64,000 nucleotides of DNA from Carcharhinus amblyrhynchos (taxonomy: Eukaryota), in NCBI GenBank assembly GCA_965287045.1, contig OZ336872.1:74710001-74774000 (forward strand). Reading direction: 5' to 3'. The translations under genes were made by a program, and so were the position numbers. Below the pieces are notes generated by a model, which saw only the letters and a list, made by a program, of their open reading frames with translations, was not told the origin of the DNA and ran no database searches. Numbering within the stretch: position 1 is the first letter of the stretch; each line of letters opens with the position of its first letter. Positions 27,047 to 41,955 of the stretch are shown piece after piece.

Positions 27047-28965
27047 TGAGAATCTCCAGTTCATTGCCAAATGGGGAGGGCAGAGAGAATATAACTTATG
27101 TTACAGCAATCGAGAACGGTGATGTCGAACTCAGCTGTTTCTGTAGTAGTGATACATTTCTAATGACAAAAACTGATGTCATCAGGAAAACTGACAGTTG
27201 GAATTACATTGGCAAACTGGTGTCCCAAGTGAATGTGCATTTGTGCCAGGTGTGGGTGAGACTTCTCATTTTCTTGCTTCTGGAGATATCTTATTGATGG
27301 TGTATTATTGGGCTGCAAGACTATATTTCTCAGTAGCTACAGTAACACTGCTCTTGATACTGTGCTTACTTGTAACTTTTCCTTTTTTCTGAAGTTTCTT
27401 TCTCCCCCTCCATCTCAACAATGTAATATCTTGACCACTTAGTTAGATAGCTTGTATCAAATCTTTTATCAAGGCCAACAAAATCCATTCCTTTCTATTC
27501 ATGCACAGAGGTTCCCCATTCCATTTTTCCCTATTGCACTTTGAAGGTTCTGTGTTTTGTCCTGGTGAATCCTTTCGTGGCCCAGGCTGAGATTGAAAGC
27601 CTGCTGCCTCGGGCATTTACGGACACAAATCATGTTTTCTGTTGAGGTTGTTGCAGGTCTGCAATGTTGGCTGAGTAGTCTCAATCACACCTTCCTTATT
27701 CCAATAGTGATAATTACCAGCAGTTCTCGTTTCTCTGGGCTTCAGTGGTCACCATTCACTAGGAAGTATTCACTCACCACCAAATAGCGGTTTTGCATTT
27801 TTTTTTATTCTTCTACTCAGTCGTTCCAACCACATTTCCCATGTAGCACACCTTTTCTTTCTTGTCTTTGTATTGAAAATTCTGTTTTTTATATTTCTTT
27901 TATTTGATGCAGGATATTTTCATTAATTTTTCTTCTGTAGCCTTTCTCTTCAAGACTTTCTAATCAGAATGTTTAATTCCCAATACTGTTTAATAGTATA
28001 TTCATCCTTGTCCTGCTCTGTATCTTATTACTCACATTCTATAGATAGTTGTCCTTAATGAAGTTCTGCTGTTGAGCTGAATTCTTATTGAGTCATGAAT
28101 GTTAGTCAGTTCCAGGATATAAAATATTATCTACTGAGCTCCAGAAATGTATTTCAGTCATTTATTTGTATTTCATCTGTTAGACCAAATGTTCAGTACA
28201 AAATTGTGCTTTTTAACTGAATTATTTTTCTGGTTTCTCTGTCATTTCTCTTCCCCTGGTTCATTTAATTGTCACAGCCTCATCTCTTTTTCCTCCGTTA
28301 ATATTCAACTTTTTCCATCTCTATCCCAGTTTGACTTCTCGGGTTTTAAGTTTCTCATGCATCTTATACCACTTTTGAATATTTCCCATGTGGTTGTCAG
28401 AGGCCCAACTTCAGTTAGTAGACTTTTCATGGTAATGTTCAGTCTGTCCATTTCATACAGAACTAACTCCCTGTATTAGCAATGAACTTCCTATGCCTGC
28501 AAATGCAAAGTTAATATAGATGGCCCAGAGATCCCCAGATTGTACCGAGACTTGATGTCATTGCTCTACCTTATTTGTGTTAATGTGCAGTAGTTGCCTA
28601 AAGTACCAACTTTGTGCTCCTCACAATGTGCTGTTATACCTTTGCTGCCACTGACAGATGAATAGGCTGCTCTGTTAGTTTTACCGTTTTTAATGTTGAT
28701 ACTGGATGAGGGTGCCCTTTCCATCATTCCTGATTTACATCCCCATTTGAAGTACTTGCTGAGATTATCGTATGTAAACATGCTTGGAGAGGCAGCTGTA
28801 TGAGTATGGACTCCATTGTCTTAAGCAGCAAAAGACCTTCATGCATGGTGCTGGGGACACAAAATATTCCCTAAAACAAAGTATCTGAACTGATATCTTT
28901 GCTTAAAGTGTTTATGGATGAGACTTTCATGTGAAACAGAAACAAAAATCCATCTGAGAATGTAA

Positions 28966-29706
<741 letters not shown>

Positions 29707-30736
29707 GTGGTGGGCTTTGCAGACTGTAACTTTTGCTTATCGCGTACTTTGAATTCACTTCCAGGGAGAACTGTTTTTAAAAAATTAAATTATCCCATTT
29801 CATCTGGGTTTCCATTACTTTGAGAAAATTATGTCACAGTTTTTTCCAGTATTGTGACAGACTATGTTGTAGCATTAGCTCATTCGAAAACCTTTCCATT
29901 TGGATAATGGAGCTAAAACAATCCACTTAGCAGCTAGGTGAGGCAAGGTATTTTCCATGGATCCTAGGAGTGTGTTCTGTTTCCAGCTGTTCTTTTAAGA
30001 TCTGCAATGCCAGGTTAATGCCAATCTATGTCCTGATTAAACTCTGATTTTGGGCTGTGGTGTGTTGGCACAGCATACCAGAGGCAGCTAGTGTTAGTAA
30101 ATAACCAGAAGGTAAATATCAGTAAACTAGCAGCAGCATACACTACTATGACTAAAGTTGATGTGTCTGGAGATGTTGAAGACTGGATGTGCAACACTGA
30201 AGTGCTTGCACCAAGTGTGGCTGATTGAGCTGCATCTTTTGAATGTATAATACTTGCAATGTGACACTTGCACTTTTAGATTTCACATTTGCAGATACTT
30301 TTCACTTCTTGGGTCAGAAAATCATTGAGTGGGTTACTGTGGTTATCTGATTTGAAAATACACAATCACATTTTTTTAAACAATGAAATCGAATGGTCTA
30401 CCTCCCTTAGCACACTACATTTCCCAATGCCATTTCTGCAATCTAACTTGTAGTATTCTTCTGTAACTTCCCTCATCCCTGCTTCTATGAATGATGTGAC
30501 TGGGAGTTAATGCTATGTAAAAAGTGCATTGTAGGAAGTGTTAAAACAGAAAGAGACATCAGGACAGTATTTGCATATGGACTCCAAAGAACGTTATATT
30601 CTAGAGATGCCATGTTGACCTTTAAATGCTGCAGGTATAGTCACTGTTTCTTCCAGTTGTTAACACCAGTGTGGCAGTGTGTGCACTGTCCTTGGTGGTG
30701 CAGAAGCTCAACAGCTTAGGTATTATCTATTTAGCA

Positions 30737-30945
30737 CAGTGGAACTTCGATTATAGACATACCTGCCATCTGGACACTCAGTTATACCCAATTATAAATT
30801 TCATGGGAGTCCCTGTTTAGTTGCATATAATTTTACAATTAATACATAGTGAAATGTTTATAAATAGAATTTTCACAACTTCTGGATTCTTCATCCAACA
30901 GAATTAGTAGGTACTGAATGACTGGTACCTGATAGAATTCACTGT
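30737..30945. mobile_element. Possible Tigger/pogo-like MITE relic
   Basis: Ends cagtggaacttcgattat ... gatagaattcactg are imperfect CAGT-type inverted repeats; no clean TA target duplication. Confidence 0.35.
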
Positions 30946-31373
30946 TCTAATGTTAGGCTTTGAGTGTGGGTGCACAATGTGAGTCAATGCATTTTGTCTG
31001 AGAGCCCAGTAGTGGTTAGAGCTTTGTGTCTCGGAGCTCAGCAGGAGTTGATGTGCTGGTATTTATTTGAGGATACTCATGTTTAAATGAAAAAAATGTG
31101 GGTCTTAATTGCACATGCAATTAATTCATCCTCATTAATTAATCTAAAATCAATTGGAAGTTTAAAAAATCTTGGTATCAGTCTAAGTATTAGGGGACTT
31201 TCGATTGTCTGCCAGTTTCTGTTTCCTGCTGGGGAAGAATTCTGTCCCACATTGGCAGATAATCGAGGTTCCAGTGTAAAGCATTGTGGTTATTCTAGTT
31301 AACTTCTGGAGTCCATTTGTACAGAACGCTTTGTGAGGATGCTCCAGAATGGGCTCAATTCGGCTCCTGTTAA

Positions 31374-31559
<186 letters not shown>

Positions 31560-32157
31560 TAACATGTACATCTGGCAATAATCCAGCAACCAGTGCTTAA
31601 GTAGGCTGTGACAATTAGTCAAATATCTGCTTAAAACCCCATTCCCCCTTCATGCAGAGAGTAGCAAAACATGTATTATTAATACATCTTCCGCATATTT
31701 CTCATAACTCTTCAATTCCCGATACTTCTGTCCATCATATCATGTGTCCTCTCATTTGAAATGCTAAGATTATAATATTTTTGTGGGATGTCTCCCTTTG
31801 TAATGTGTGTTTTTTTCCGAGAGCAACTGTAATTAAGGTAGTTTTGTGGATCTCCGTTTCATTATTTCAAAAAGCACATAGGTTTGCCCCCCAGAAATTT
31901 TACCAAAGAAATTAAGTCTTGTTGTTTAAGCGCATGAAAACCATATATTGACACAAAAATTTTGCATACATACACACACACGTCACTCTTGCAACCAATC
32001 CCAAACAGTTAGCACCCAATTGTTCATAATGCAGCCCCAGTGCTGCATAACACCTATTCCACAATCTGAACATTGTGGCTTAAGTATGCTGCTCATAACT
32101 GTCGGTGTGTTTTTTATTTCTCTATCAAATTGGGTTTTGTAATCCCTGGGATTTGAA

Positions 32158-32552
32158 AGAAAGACTTGTATTTCTGTAGCTTCTTTCAGAATGTTGCACA
32201 GCATTTTAAAGCGTGGCCACTATTGTACTGTAGGAAACCAAGCAACCAATTTATGCACAGCAAGCTCCCACAAATTGTAGTGTGATCTTTTTAGTTGTTG
32301 GTTGAGAGATAACTGTTGGCCAGGGCATTGGAGAGTACTGCCTTACTCTTCCATAAGATATTAATGCCATGGAATCCTTTACATCTGCCTGAGATTAGCA
32401 ACATATCTGAAAAGACAACACCTCTGACAGTGCAGCCTTCCTCAATACTGCACAGGAGTTCCAGTCTAGACTTCGTGCTCATGCCAGGAATGGGACTTGA
32501 AACCAAGACCTTCTGCCTCAGTTGAGAGTGCTAACACTGAACTACAGCTCAC
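32158..32552 (-). mobile_element. SacSINE1/DeuSINE-like SINE
   Basis: Reverse of the 50210 family: aagaaagacttgtattt tail, tctgaaaagacaacacctctgacagtgcagc core, gggacttgaa...gagagtgctaacactga head. Confidence 0.75.
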
Positions 32553-35463
32553 ACTTAACTATTTGTATCCAGGTCCAGCCTGTACTGATGGAGGGGCACT
32601 TGTATCAGTTGGGTATGTCTGTACCAATGGGACATGAGTCTGTGACATAGATGGCTTCCTTTAACATTATTTCATTCGTTAGTCTGTTCCACTTGTGTAC
32701 CAAGAGGTTTTAGGACTTGGTGAGGAGAGTGTTTAGAGAAAGGGATAAAGATTTCAAATATTATTTTAGAAATATTCCTTCTTTGTTTTAAGTGAAGGCT
32801 TTATTGCTTTGAAGAATATTCATGTTGTTATTTTTCAAAGCAGTCACAAAGTGAACTATTCAAAGTGTGAGTGTATTCAAGTTTAACATGTAGTTGAGAT
32901 GTCAGCATTATCCTCATGATTTCATCTTTTGTAAACTGAGGAACCCATTATCAAATAATTAGCGCGTGGCAGATTTAGGATCGATTAAATCACTGCAATA
33001 GAAGTTGCTTCTTTGGAAGATCTGTTTCTTTTTGAAGGCAGTGTTATATTGGAGTTCTCCAGTTATCTTGGTTCCAAGGTTGTTCATGTATGGTGGAAGG
33101 TGGCTGAATAGTGATCTGGAGTTCAGCCATGATTAAATTGATACTTGCATTAATTAATCTAGCATCGTATACTATTTTACTTAATGGACAGCATCTCCAA
33201 CAATGCAACATTCTTCATAGTCAATCAAGATCTCAAACGCTGGTGCAAGCTAAGTCCACACCTTTTATCTAGAAGCAAGAATGTTATGCAATGAGTGAAG
33301 CTGACATGAAAGTTGCTTCTGTCCTCTCCCCATTCCAAAACAATCTCAGAAATATTGACGTGTTACCCTCAATGTTAGCCTTTATTGTCAAGTTAATGTA
33401 GTGCTGATTGGAAATTAAATCTGGGTCTTCCTTACGGCTTTACATCACACCACACTGCATTCTTTGATTAGTGAGTCACTGGGGGGAAGGTTCTACTGAG
33501 AAATGTTCAAGCATCTATCCTCTTCACCAAAACATGTACATGTGGCCTATCACTTACCAGGACTGCCAGCAAACAGGGTTGATATTTTCACTCCTCTAAT
33601 GCCCAAACACACTACAAATTGTAATATGCATATACACCTTAAACAATAGCTTAATAGTAATATTTGCTATTAATGTAACAGGTGAGGTAATGTGTTTGAG
33701 CAGAAGCACATAATGTTTGGAGTGATAGATGATTTTTGTGAATTCCCCAAGTGGGAATCATGCCACCAGACCAAAGAAGTGAAAGTTTGAATCATAAGTC
33801 TTTTTTTTGTGTTTTCATCTGCACACTACTTGTCAGCGAACTGTTATTTTTACTGTACACTTATACATGTATATTCTGAGAGAAAACCTGATTTAGTTCT
33901 GGTCTCAGTTAGACTGGAGCGTTGCCAAGCACTTGTCATTGCACTGTAATGTACAGTGATTGAAGCTGAGGGCTTTCTATGTCATCGTTTCTGAGTAGCT
34001 GTGTTTTCATTGATTCATCATGAAGTAGATTAGTTACTTTAAAACTCTGGAAATTTGTTATATAAGCCTTAATCTGAGTAGCCTATCCTAAAGTGCACTA
34101 AAATGATTAGATGAAATCCACCATTCTCTCGTGCCCCCCACTCCCTAAAGATTTATCGTATTCGCCAAGGGATATTTCAATTGTACACTTGTTAATTTGC
34201 AAAATTCTGAAAATGAATCTTCAAAGGTTTTGACAGTGTAATATCTTGTTTATGTAAGTTTTGAAAGCTATGTTTTTAACCACTGTGATAGGTTAAGCGT
34301 CATGAAGTTATTTGCTTGGTGGGAATTTCAACCCATATCCAGCCACACTGATGCAATCTGGAACATAATCAGCTAGCTTGTTTTAAGTCAAATTCCCAGT
34401 GGACAAGGGCTCACAACATAAAGTGCTCCGATGTTAATTGTCAATGTCTGAGGTTGGCATTAAAGCACATTTTTGTGTCAGAATCACAGATGTGTTTTGC
34501 TTGTGGATTGATGTACCATATATTGCCTGAGAGGTCTTGATATTGGTGCTCACAGTGGAAACGTTTTACTCAGCACTAACTCTTGCACTGGGCACAAAAC
34601 TGCCATAATCTTTAACAAAAAATATATATTGTGAATGTAAAATGGGTTTGAAATTGATTCTCACAGCAGGTTTCAGAAGCATACAGAATAAAAATATTTT
34701 CCTGCTTCATTTCAATAGTGACTGATAATTCAGTGGGCTGACAACAGCCACAGCAAGCTATATAGAACAGTAGCTCCTGTTCTAGCTGAATGCCTGAATT
34801 CTGTCCTGATTGTTTGTATGTGCAGTGTAGAACAGTTAGCCAGTTCAATCTAACTGATTCAAAGCTTACTACTCCAAATAAAGCCTCATTTGAGGATAGT
34901 TGATCCAAACACCTTCAAATGGTGCTAACATGTGCTCAAGTATCTCCATATTCATTTATGCTTCAGCTATGAGGCTGCAGTCCAGAAAATTAAATTATTC
35001 CTCTTTGTTTTCCATGATAATGTCTCATTCCTGAGTGATAACAACTTCCATAACCATGCATCTGAACTCCTCTAGTCTTTTATTAGCGTTCAGTATGATT
35101 GCTGAATTATGAATCAGAATCCTGAAGACAAATGTGTACTGTGGACTTTATTTTTGGAACTAAATTGGTAATAGTTCATCTGAAAGCCAAACTGCCCATG
35201 CAGAATTCAAACCCAAGTCTCAGAATTGAAAGAGTAGTGTTGAAATGCACTAGTTCACCTAGAACCTTTACCTTTTATTGATTACCCATGTCCCAGGGGT
35301 ATTTTAGTCTGTGATTATTAACTGGAACCCAATTAAATGTATAATGATCTCATTGATGTGACTATACTGCCCAACCTTAGTGATGATGGTGAAACTGTCA
35401 GTGACTGTTGTCTTTATTCAACTGAGAATGACAGCAACTTTTGGAGATGCAGAGTAATGCAGA

Positions 35464-36080
35464 AATCCAGATGTTGCCGTGATTGATTCTATATCACTCT
35501 CAAAGATGCAGTGTTGAGGGACCCCCAGTCTGCAATCAATGGAAAATCAATTAAATTGATGAAAATTTACATTCATGCTGTTAATCTCAGTATAAAAACA
35601 TTTGAAAAAATTAGGAGTAATTGGGTTTTAACAACATATTAATTTCATAATTATTGCTTTAAAAAAAAACCTCTCCAGCTCTGACAAGCTAATTTTATAT
35701 TTGTGGAATATCAAATTTCTCCATTAAAAAACATCAAATTTAATAAATTTTGAGTTTGTTTACTCTAAGCTTGCATTTAAACTCAATTATCATTTAAGTT
35801 GCTGTTTCAGCATTAAAGTTAAAATGAAAAATTTTAAGTGCTTTCATCTTCCTGGTTTGCTGTGTTTGAATACTTCGGTTTGATTGGCTGCTTACCTGCT
35901 TGCTGATACAACTGCGGTTATATGTCAAAAAGACCATTCCTTTTCCTGGGCAGCAGTATTAAATAGCTTATCAGGAAAGTGGAAATCTATGCCATAGAGA
36001 TCACTAGATTGTTGTGAACAACTTTCTTTGGAATCAGTGGTGAGTGTCATTGGTATGCTATTGACCGCAAAATCTGGACC
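35464..36080. mobile_element. Non-autonomous DNA transposon (MITE) with terminal inverted repeats
   Basis: tccagatgttgc (35466) versus gcaaaatctgga (36067-36078), 11/12 complementary; AT-rich non-coding interior. Confidence 0.5.
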
Positions 36081-39000
36081 ATTATCACTGATTCATCTGA
36101 TATGAAAGATAAATGATTGCGCACATCATTCTACTGGTCAAACAGTATGGATATAAAACCAATGTTTGATAGAGCATGCCTTGACCCCAATCTATCTTTT
36201 CAATTCCTTACTGATCACATGAAAAACTGAAATGAGGGAACAATTTTCATTTCGCAAAGGCCTCTGATCCAAGATGAAAGATTGGTGAAATGACTGGGAT
36301 AAATTTGCTATAAAGTATTCTGTTTAGACTACAATATTTATTGATAGTCACAGCAATTGCTACTTAATAGGGTGGATTTGCATTATTTGGTTTGAATCCG
36401 GTATGCTAAAATGACAGATTATAAAAAAGGGAGATCGGATTTGAAAATGTATTTGTTTCTCTTGTAATGTTGACAGTGACTTGGAAATTTGGACTGAGGC
36501 CTTGGTCAGGAAAAGAGTTTGAGCTGAATAAATTATATAAATTAGATCAAATCATAATTACTTGTTATCCTCCTTTCTTTCTTTCTCTTTTTCTGTGGCA
36601 TACACGTGCACACAGATCAACTGAGTTAATTATTTCTGACCTTCTAGCCACTCCTTGTTGGGAAATGCATTCTTCCCACAGTGTGTTGAGAGACCCACAA
36701 TTCATATAGAGCTTTTGTTCAGAAGTGACGTATGACTTGTTTTTTTTTATTTCAGTCACTAACTTCAATAGTTTTGGTTAATATTACTTCTATGGTGCCA
36801 CAGCGTGACCAAGGGCCCTATAGCTCTCAAATACTCCAAGGACATGTGCTGAGAACAAGAAGATGAATGGGCATGCTTTGTGCAAATGTTAGCATTCCGT
36901 GCTACTTCATGCAGAAATATATAGATTTGTACAACCAAAAGGAAGGCATTTGAAAAAAACAAAGTGATTATTGGAGAGGGAACTTATATTAAAGCATTCC
37001 TCAATGTCAAATAGGACTTTGGCATTATGTAATGCTAAATGTCACTGTGACATCACTTTCAAACCCACTAATTAAGTGCTAGTTCTTAAACTCTTAATAG
37101 TCTAGAATCTAGTATTAATTCTTTTGTTTAATAATGTAAGTATAGTGGATACAGGGCACACAGATGAACTACTTGTCTAGCACTTGCTACCAGTCCATAT
37201 CTGTGAAAATAAGTATTTGAAATGAATGCATATTTTAAGACGTGTACTTCAGTATGAATGTTAATCATTTATGTTACTGTCACCCCATGAGTTGCTTTCA
37301 TTACTTCATGTATTCTAGAAATAAGTAAAGAAAATCACAAGTTTTCTCTTTTCTCCTCATGTTCTGAAGGTAATGATTTGCTTTAGGATGTTAGCACCTT
37401 AAGCATTTCCAGCTTTCCAGTATAAGTGACCATTATTCATATGTTAGCTGAGGTAGTTAGAGATGGCAGGCATTTGACTTCAGTTGAATCACACCCACCT
37501 TTGCTCATGCCCTTGTCTGATTTGTACACATGCACTTGTCAGGATGTGATGAATGTTGGATAATGAGTGGCAGATTCTACGACAACAGTAGTACATTCCT
37601 TTCGAATACTAGTCAGCAACCTGGAATGTAATTTGTCTGTATGACTTGGTTTCATGTTACTGATGCATTTACCCATTTAATTATCAAGGGAGGACTTTTC
37701 TTGCATGTAGTATCAACCAGATTGTTCCAGTTGTTCTTTACGGTGCTGTGTGCATCTTAACTGAGGACACTGGGATTATTGCTGCATATTTCATTGCTGA
37801 GTTCTAACTTCACTGCATACAGTTTAAAGCATGCATCTTGTTGTATGTTCAGATTAGCTGGGTTCAGTAGTCACCATAAGAAATTGCTAAGCTTTAACTC
37901 TGTGCGACAGTAGCGACCAACTGCTTGGGAGCAAGGTTGATGCTGTGATTCAGTCAGATGCTGCTTTTGGGAGTGGGTTTTAATTTTCTGAGGGCACATT
38001 GGGGATTCTGCTGTAACTGATGTAGACTGGACTATTTTACTAGTCTTCCAAGTTAAATATTTGAAGCACTGTCTTCAAAATATTCTAAGTGTTCAAGTTG
38101 TATTTGGAGTCAACATAAATTCCATTGAGTCCAATATCTCAGCGTTCCTAAACTCAAATCTCAATCCATGTTGAGTGAGCTAACCTTATCCTTAAATGAC
38201 GTGAGGTCTACAATTGGCCCTTGTTCCTTGGTTAGGAAAGAGCAAAAAAGATTGTTCTTAATTGCTGTCATAACCATTTTTACTGGAGGTGTACTTGATA
38301 TATGAACAAGGTTTCAGGATTAAATTAGGATCCATTGTGATTTCCTCCTTTACTGATCAGCCTTCTTGCTCACAACCAGACTGCCATGTGAGGGCAACTC
38401 AGCCAAGGTACTAGGAAACTCATAGAATTCTGTCTCACCAAGGTTCTTCAGGAGGGAAGCAAAAATTAGCATGAAAAGCATTATGACTTTAAAATAAAAT
38501 CTTCATGTGAGTAATGAGTGAAAACTGACACTGGGGGGCAGTATAGCTTTAACTCTTGAAGTGTTTGTTCAACTGCTGTGTTATTTTTAACAGACAATGC
38601 CATGCACTCATGTTAACTGCCTTGCTAAGTATTCAGGAGGCCATTTATACCATACATGTTGTAGTGGTATTTCTCTTGTCACATTTCTAACTGAAATGAA
38701 AATGCTCCATGGGTATAGAAGCATTGCTGCTTTCAGTGTATCTGATCAATACCATGCTGCCTACTAGATTCTAAACAACCCACCACCTTTTCCAAGATGT
38801 TGTCACCTTGTGTTTCTTGGCTCTGGATCTTGTTTTCTCCTCTGATTCCACCATGGCATAGCTGTCGGCTGGGAATTAACCAGAACAAATTCCTATCTGA
38901 CTGTCCAGCTTTGAGTAATGTCTGCCTTTGGTCTGGACTGAATTTGATGTAATCTGGTTCAGGAAACCAATTCTATATCGCATAGAATAAACAAACTGCG

Positions 39001-40994
39001 AAAACACTTGCTCACTTTTGGGATGAAACCATTTAAAATGCCTTTCTTCTACATTATTAACCAAAGTGCAAAATAAAAACAGGCAACAATTATATTGGCA
39101 GTGAATCAACCAGTTACACTTACTGAAATGGTAGTGTTATTCCAGACTAGTTTGCTTGGCAACGAAACTGATTATTTGCCACTCTATCTCTCAATCATGG
39201 CATTGGCATATCTGTTTCCAATTAGTTCAGATCTAATGTTTTTTTTTAAGACGAGTCTTAGGTTTTGAGTCTTTGATTTTTCAGAATTTTCCTAAGCTTC
39301 ATCCTGTTCTGGTAGTGCCAGGGTGAATAGTCGCAACAGAGCAAAAGTAATCATTCAGTCTGAAAACTGCTCCTCATGACCTGCTTGGAAAAGGTGGATA
39401 TTGGGCACTAGGTTCCTTTTGACGCTCGTTTCTTTTATTGCGTCCTGACACAAATTGCCCAGTCATTTTAAACATTGTTTAAAGCCTGACATTGACTGTC
39501 CTCTTTTCTTTCGTTCATGAGCAACATAGTGGAAACTCCCGTTTGGTGACAGTGCTTTCACTTGGCAACATTCACCATGGCACTGACTGCATTCCACTTA
39601 ATACTGTTTCTCACTATTAGTGTGTCAAACAGTGTTAATGCAGGCTGAATATATTTTACTTGGAGGGAATTCATTACCTCTTGTGCTCTTGGAAAGTTGT
39701 GATTGTATAAGATTTCTTATTGTTTCTCTTTAATTTTAACTGTTGCACCTACAATTTAAATGACGTGTGAAGTCTGCATTTTTGGAAGAAAAACAAATTC
39801 TCATAATGCCATATCTTGTACAATTAACAGTAAAGTTTTGATAGCAAATGTGGTTTTGGACTTGATTGGAGGTAGGGATACCATCAACTTTTGGCATCTG
39901 TTGTGAAAAATGACATGGTTTGATTCACAGCACAAGTAACCTTTCCCAATATTGTGCTTTAGTCCTAACTTTGGATCTCCATAATTACAACATAGCTACA
40001 GCTATATTGCACATGAAACACAAGATATTGTGTATAATACTCCTATGTTACAGGAAATGCATTGGGCGAAAGGTACCCGGGCTGGGACCAAATATGGAAC
40101 TAAGCTAAGTGTAGAATTGTAGAAGACTGAATCTTTTTCTTATCACTGTCATCAGATTTTGGATTCTGCAAAGTGCTGTCTGACCTTTCACATTCTGATA
40201 TGTTCTGCACTACTGCAGAAAATAAACTCCCTGACGTCACATACCAACTTTAATGATTTGGTAAACGCGCTTTTAAACCTTTCCTGTTTTCTTTGGATGG
40301 AATCCAAGTGAATGATTAAGTTGGCTATTTAAATAATACATTTCTTTCTAAACACGTAATCAAATTTTTATTTGCACATCCTCGCTAGTATTCTGTTAGA
40401 CTTGTTCTCAGTTACTCATGTACTGCTAATAACCATCAATATTAACTGGTGACTAATATAATACACATCAAAGTTGCAAATTAACAGGATATGTCTTCCC
40501 CAAAGAATTATCTTGATAACAATACTTATTTCTGGGAATCATGCTGTGCCACTGTAAGCCTCAGCAGATGTCGGCAAAATTATATTTATGCAGCTTTCAC
40601 CATCTTATGTTCTTGAGAGCTTAGAATTAATAGACAACGTTGATAGTCTTTTAAATTATGATAGTTTCCTTATTTTGTGATTTTGATTTAAAAATCTTGT
40701 GAAACAATTTTTCATGCTCACCAGAATAAAAGATTATCCAGGGAATTAAAAATCTTCCTTTTATGGTTCAAGCAGTTACATTTTTGTTGGGATAAATTCA
40801 AGTTCAAGATAACTTCACTGATAGGAGAACATTCTGGTACATGAGTGGCAGATCTTTTCTCTAAATCTATTCTGATAGCATATTATCTATGCATGTGTGA
40901 TTTGCACCTAGAAGCTGGATATTGAGATTGGCCATATTCACTACACTTGAGGATCAAAAAAACACAGAGCCTTTCATTCTTTAGAAAGTAACAA

Positions 40995-41955
40995 AGCAAT
41001 GACATTTGTAAAGCACCTTTCACTATCTCAGGATGTTATAAAGTGTTTTATAATCAGCGAAGTACTTTTGAAACATAGTCATTCTTGTCATGTGGGGGAG
41101 CACCAGCCAAATTGTGCATAGCAGGACTGGGTAATCTGTTATAAGGACAAGTTTATAAGGCTGTTAACAAGCATTTGGAATCCTTGGGTTTATTAATAGA
41201 GACCCACTACAAGAAACTGGAAGAACCTTAGCTTAGAGTATTGTGTCGAATTCAGCGCACTTTAGGAAGCATGTTAAGGCCTTGGAGAGGGTACAGAAGA
41301 ATTCCAGCAGATTGAAACTAGGGAAGAGGGACTTAATTTAGGTAGAGGGACAAGAGAACCTGGGATTTTTCTCCCTGGAGCAGAAAATGTTGAAGTGTGA
41401 TTTAATGAATGTTTTTCAAATGTAATGGAGTTTTAATAGAATTAGTAAGGAGAAAGTGCTTCCACTTCATCATGGTATAGAAACAGGGGATATAGTCAGA
41501 GGAGATGAGAATTATTTTTATTGCCTGAAAGTGCAGTGAAAGCAGCTTTGGTAGTGATTTTCAAAAGGTAATGGAATGTATATTTGCCAAGGAAAAGATT
41601 TGCAGGGCTATGGGGAGCATGGGGGAATGGGACTAATTAAGACTAGACACAAACACAATGGCGTTTCTGTGCTATACAATTGTATGATTAGTATTTAGGT
41701 GTTGATTGATTAATATTGACCAGGACACTGAGTGAACTCTCTGCGCTTCTTCAGATAGTGCCATGGAATCTCTTTCATGTATGTCACAAGGCCTTTGGTT
41801 TGACAACTCAAAATGCTGTATATCTGATAGTTCCACATTCACTCTGTTATGCATTGAAGTACCTTCCTACATTATATGCTGAAATTTCTTGAGTGAGGCA
41901 TGAGCCAGAAGTCTCCAGACTCATACGTGTGAGTGCTACCAATTCAACTATGGCT
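40995..41955. mobile_element. SacSINE-like SINE (-) split by a decayed CR1 3' fragment (+, ~41150-41680)
   Basis: SINE tail half at 40995-41135 and head half at 41690-41955; the interior has CR1 blocks cactttaggaag, gccttggagagggtacaga, tttttctccctggagcagaa. Confidence 0.65.

Noticed and set aside
27390-27720. Possible very old LINE RT relic on the minus strand (DFVGLDKRFDT resembling AFVDLEKAFD)
   Set aside because: A single degenerate motif is too weak to list as a feature.
40232-40239. Perfect CRE palindrome TGACGTCA
   Set aside because: A single 8-mer is roughly expected by chance in 64 kb and there is no supporting promoter context.
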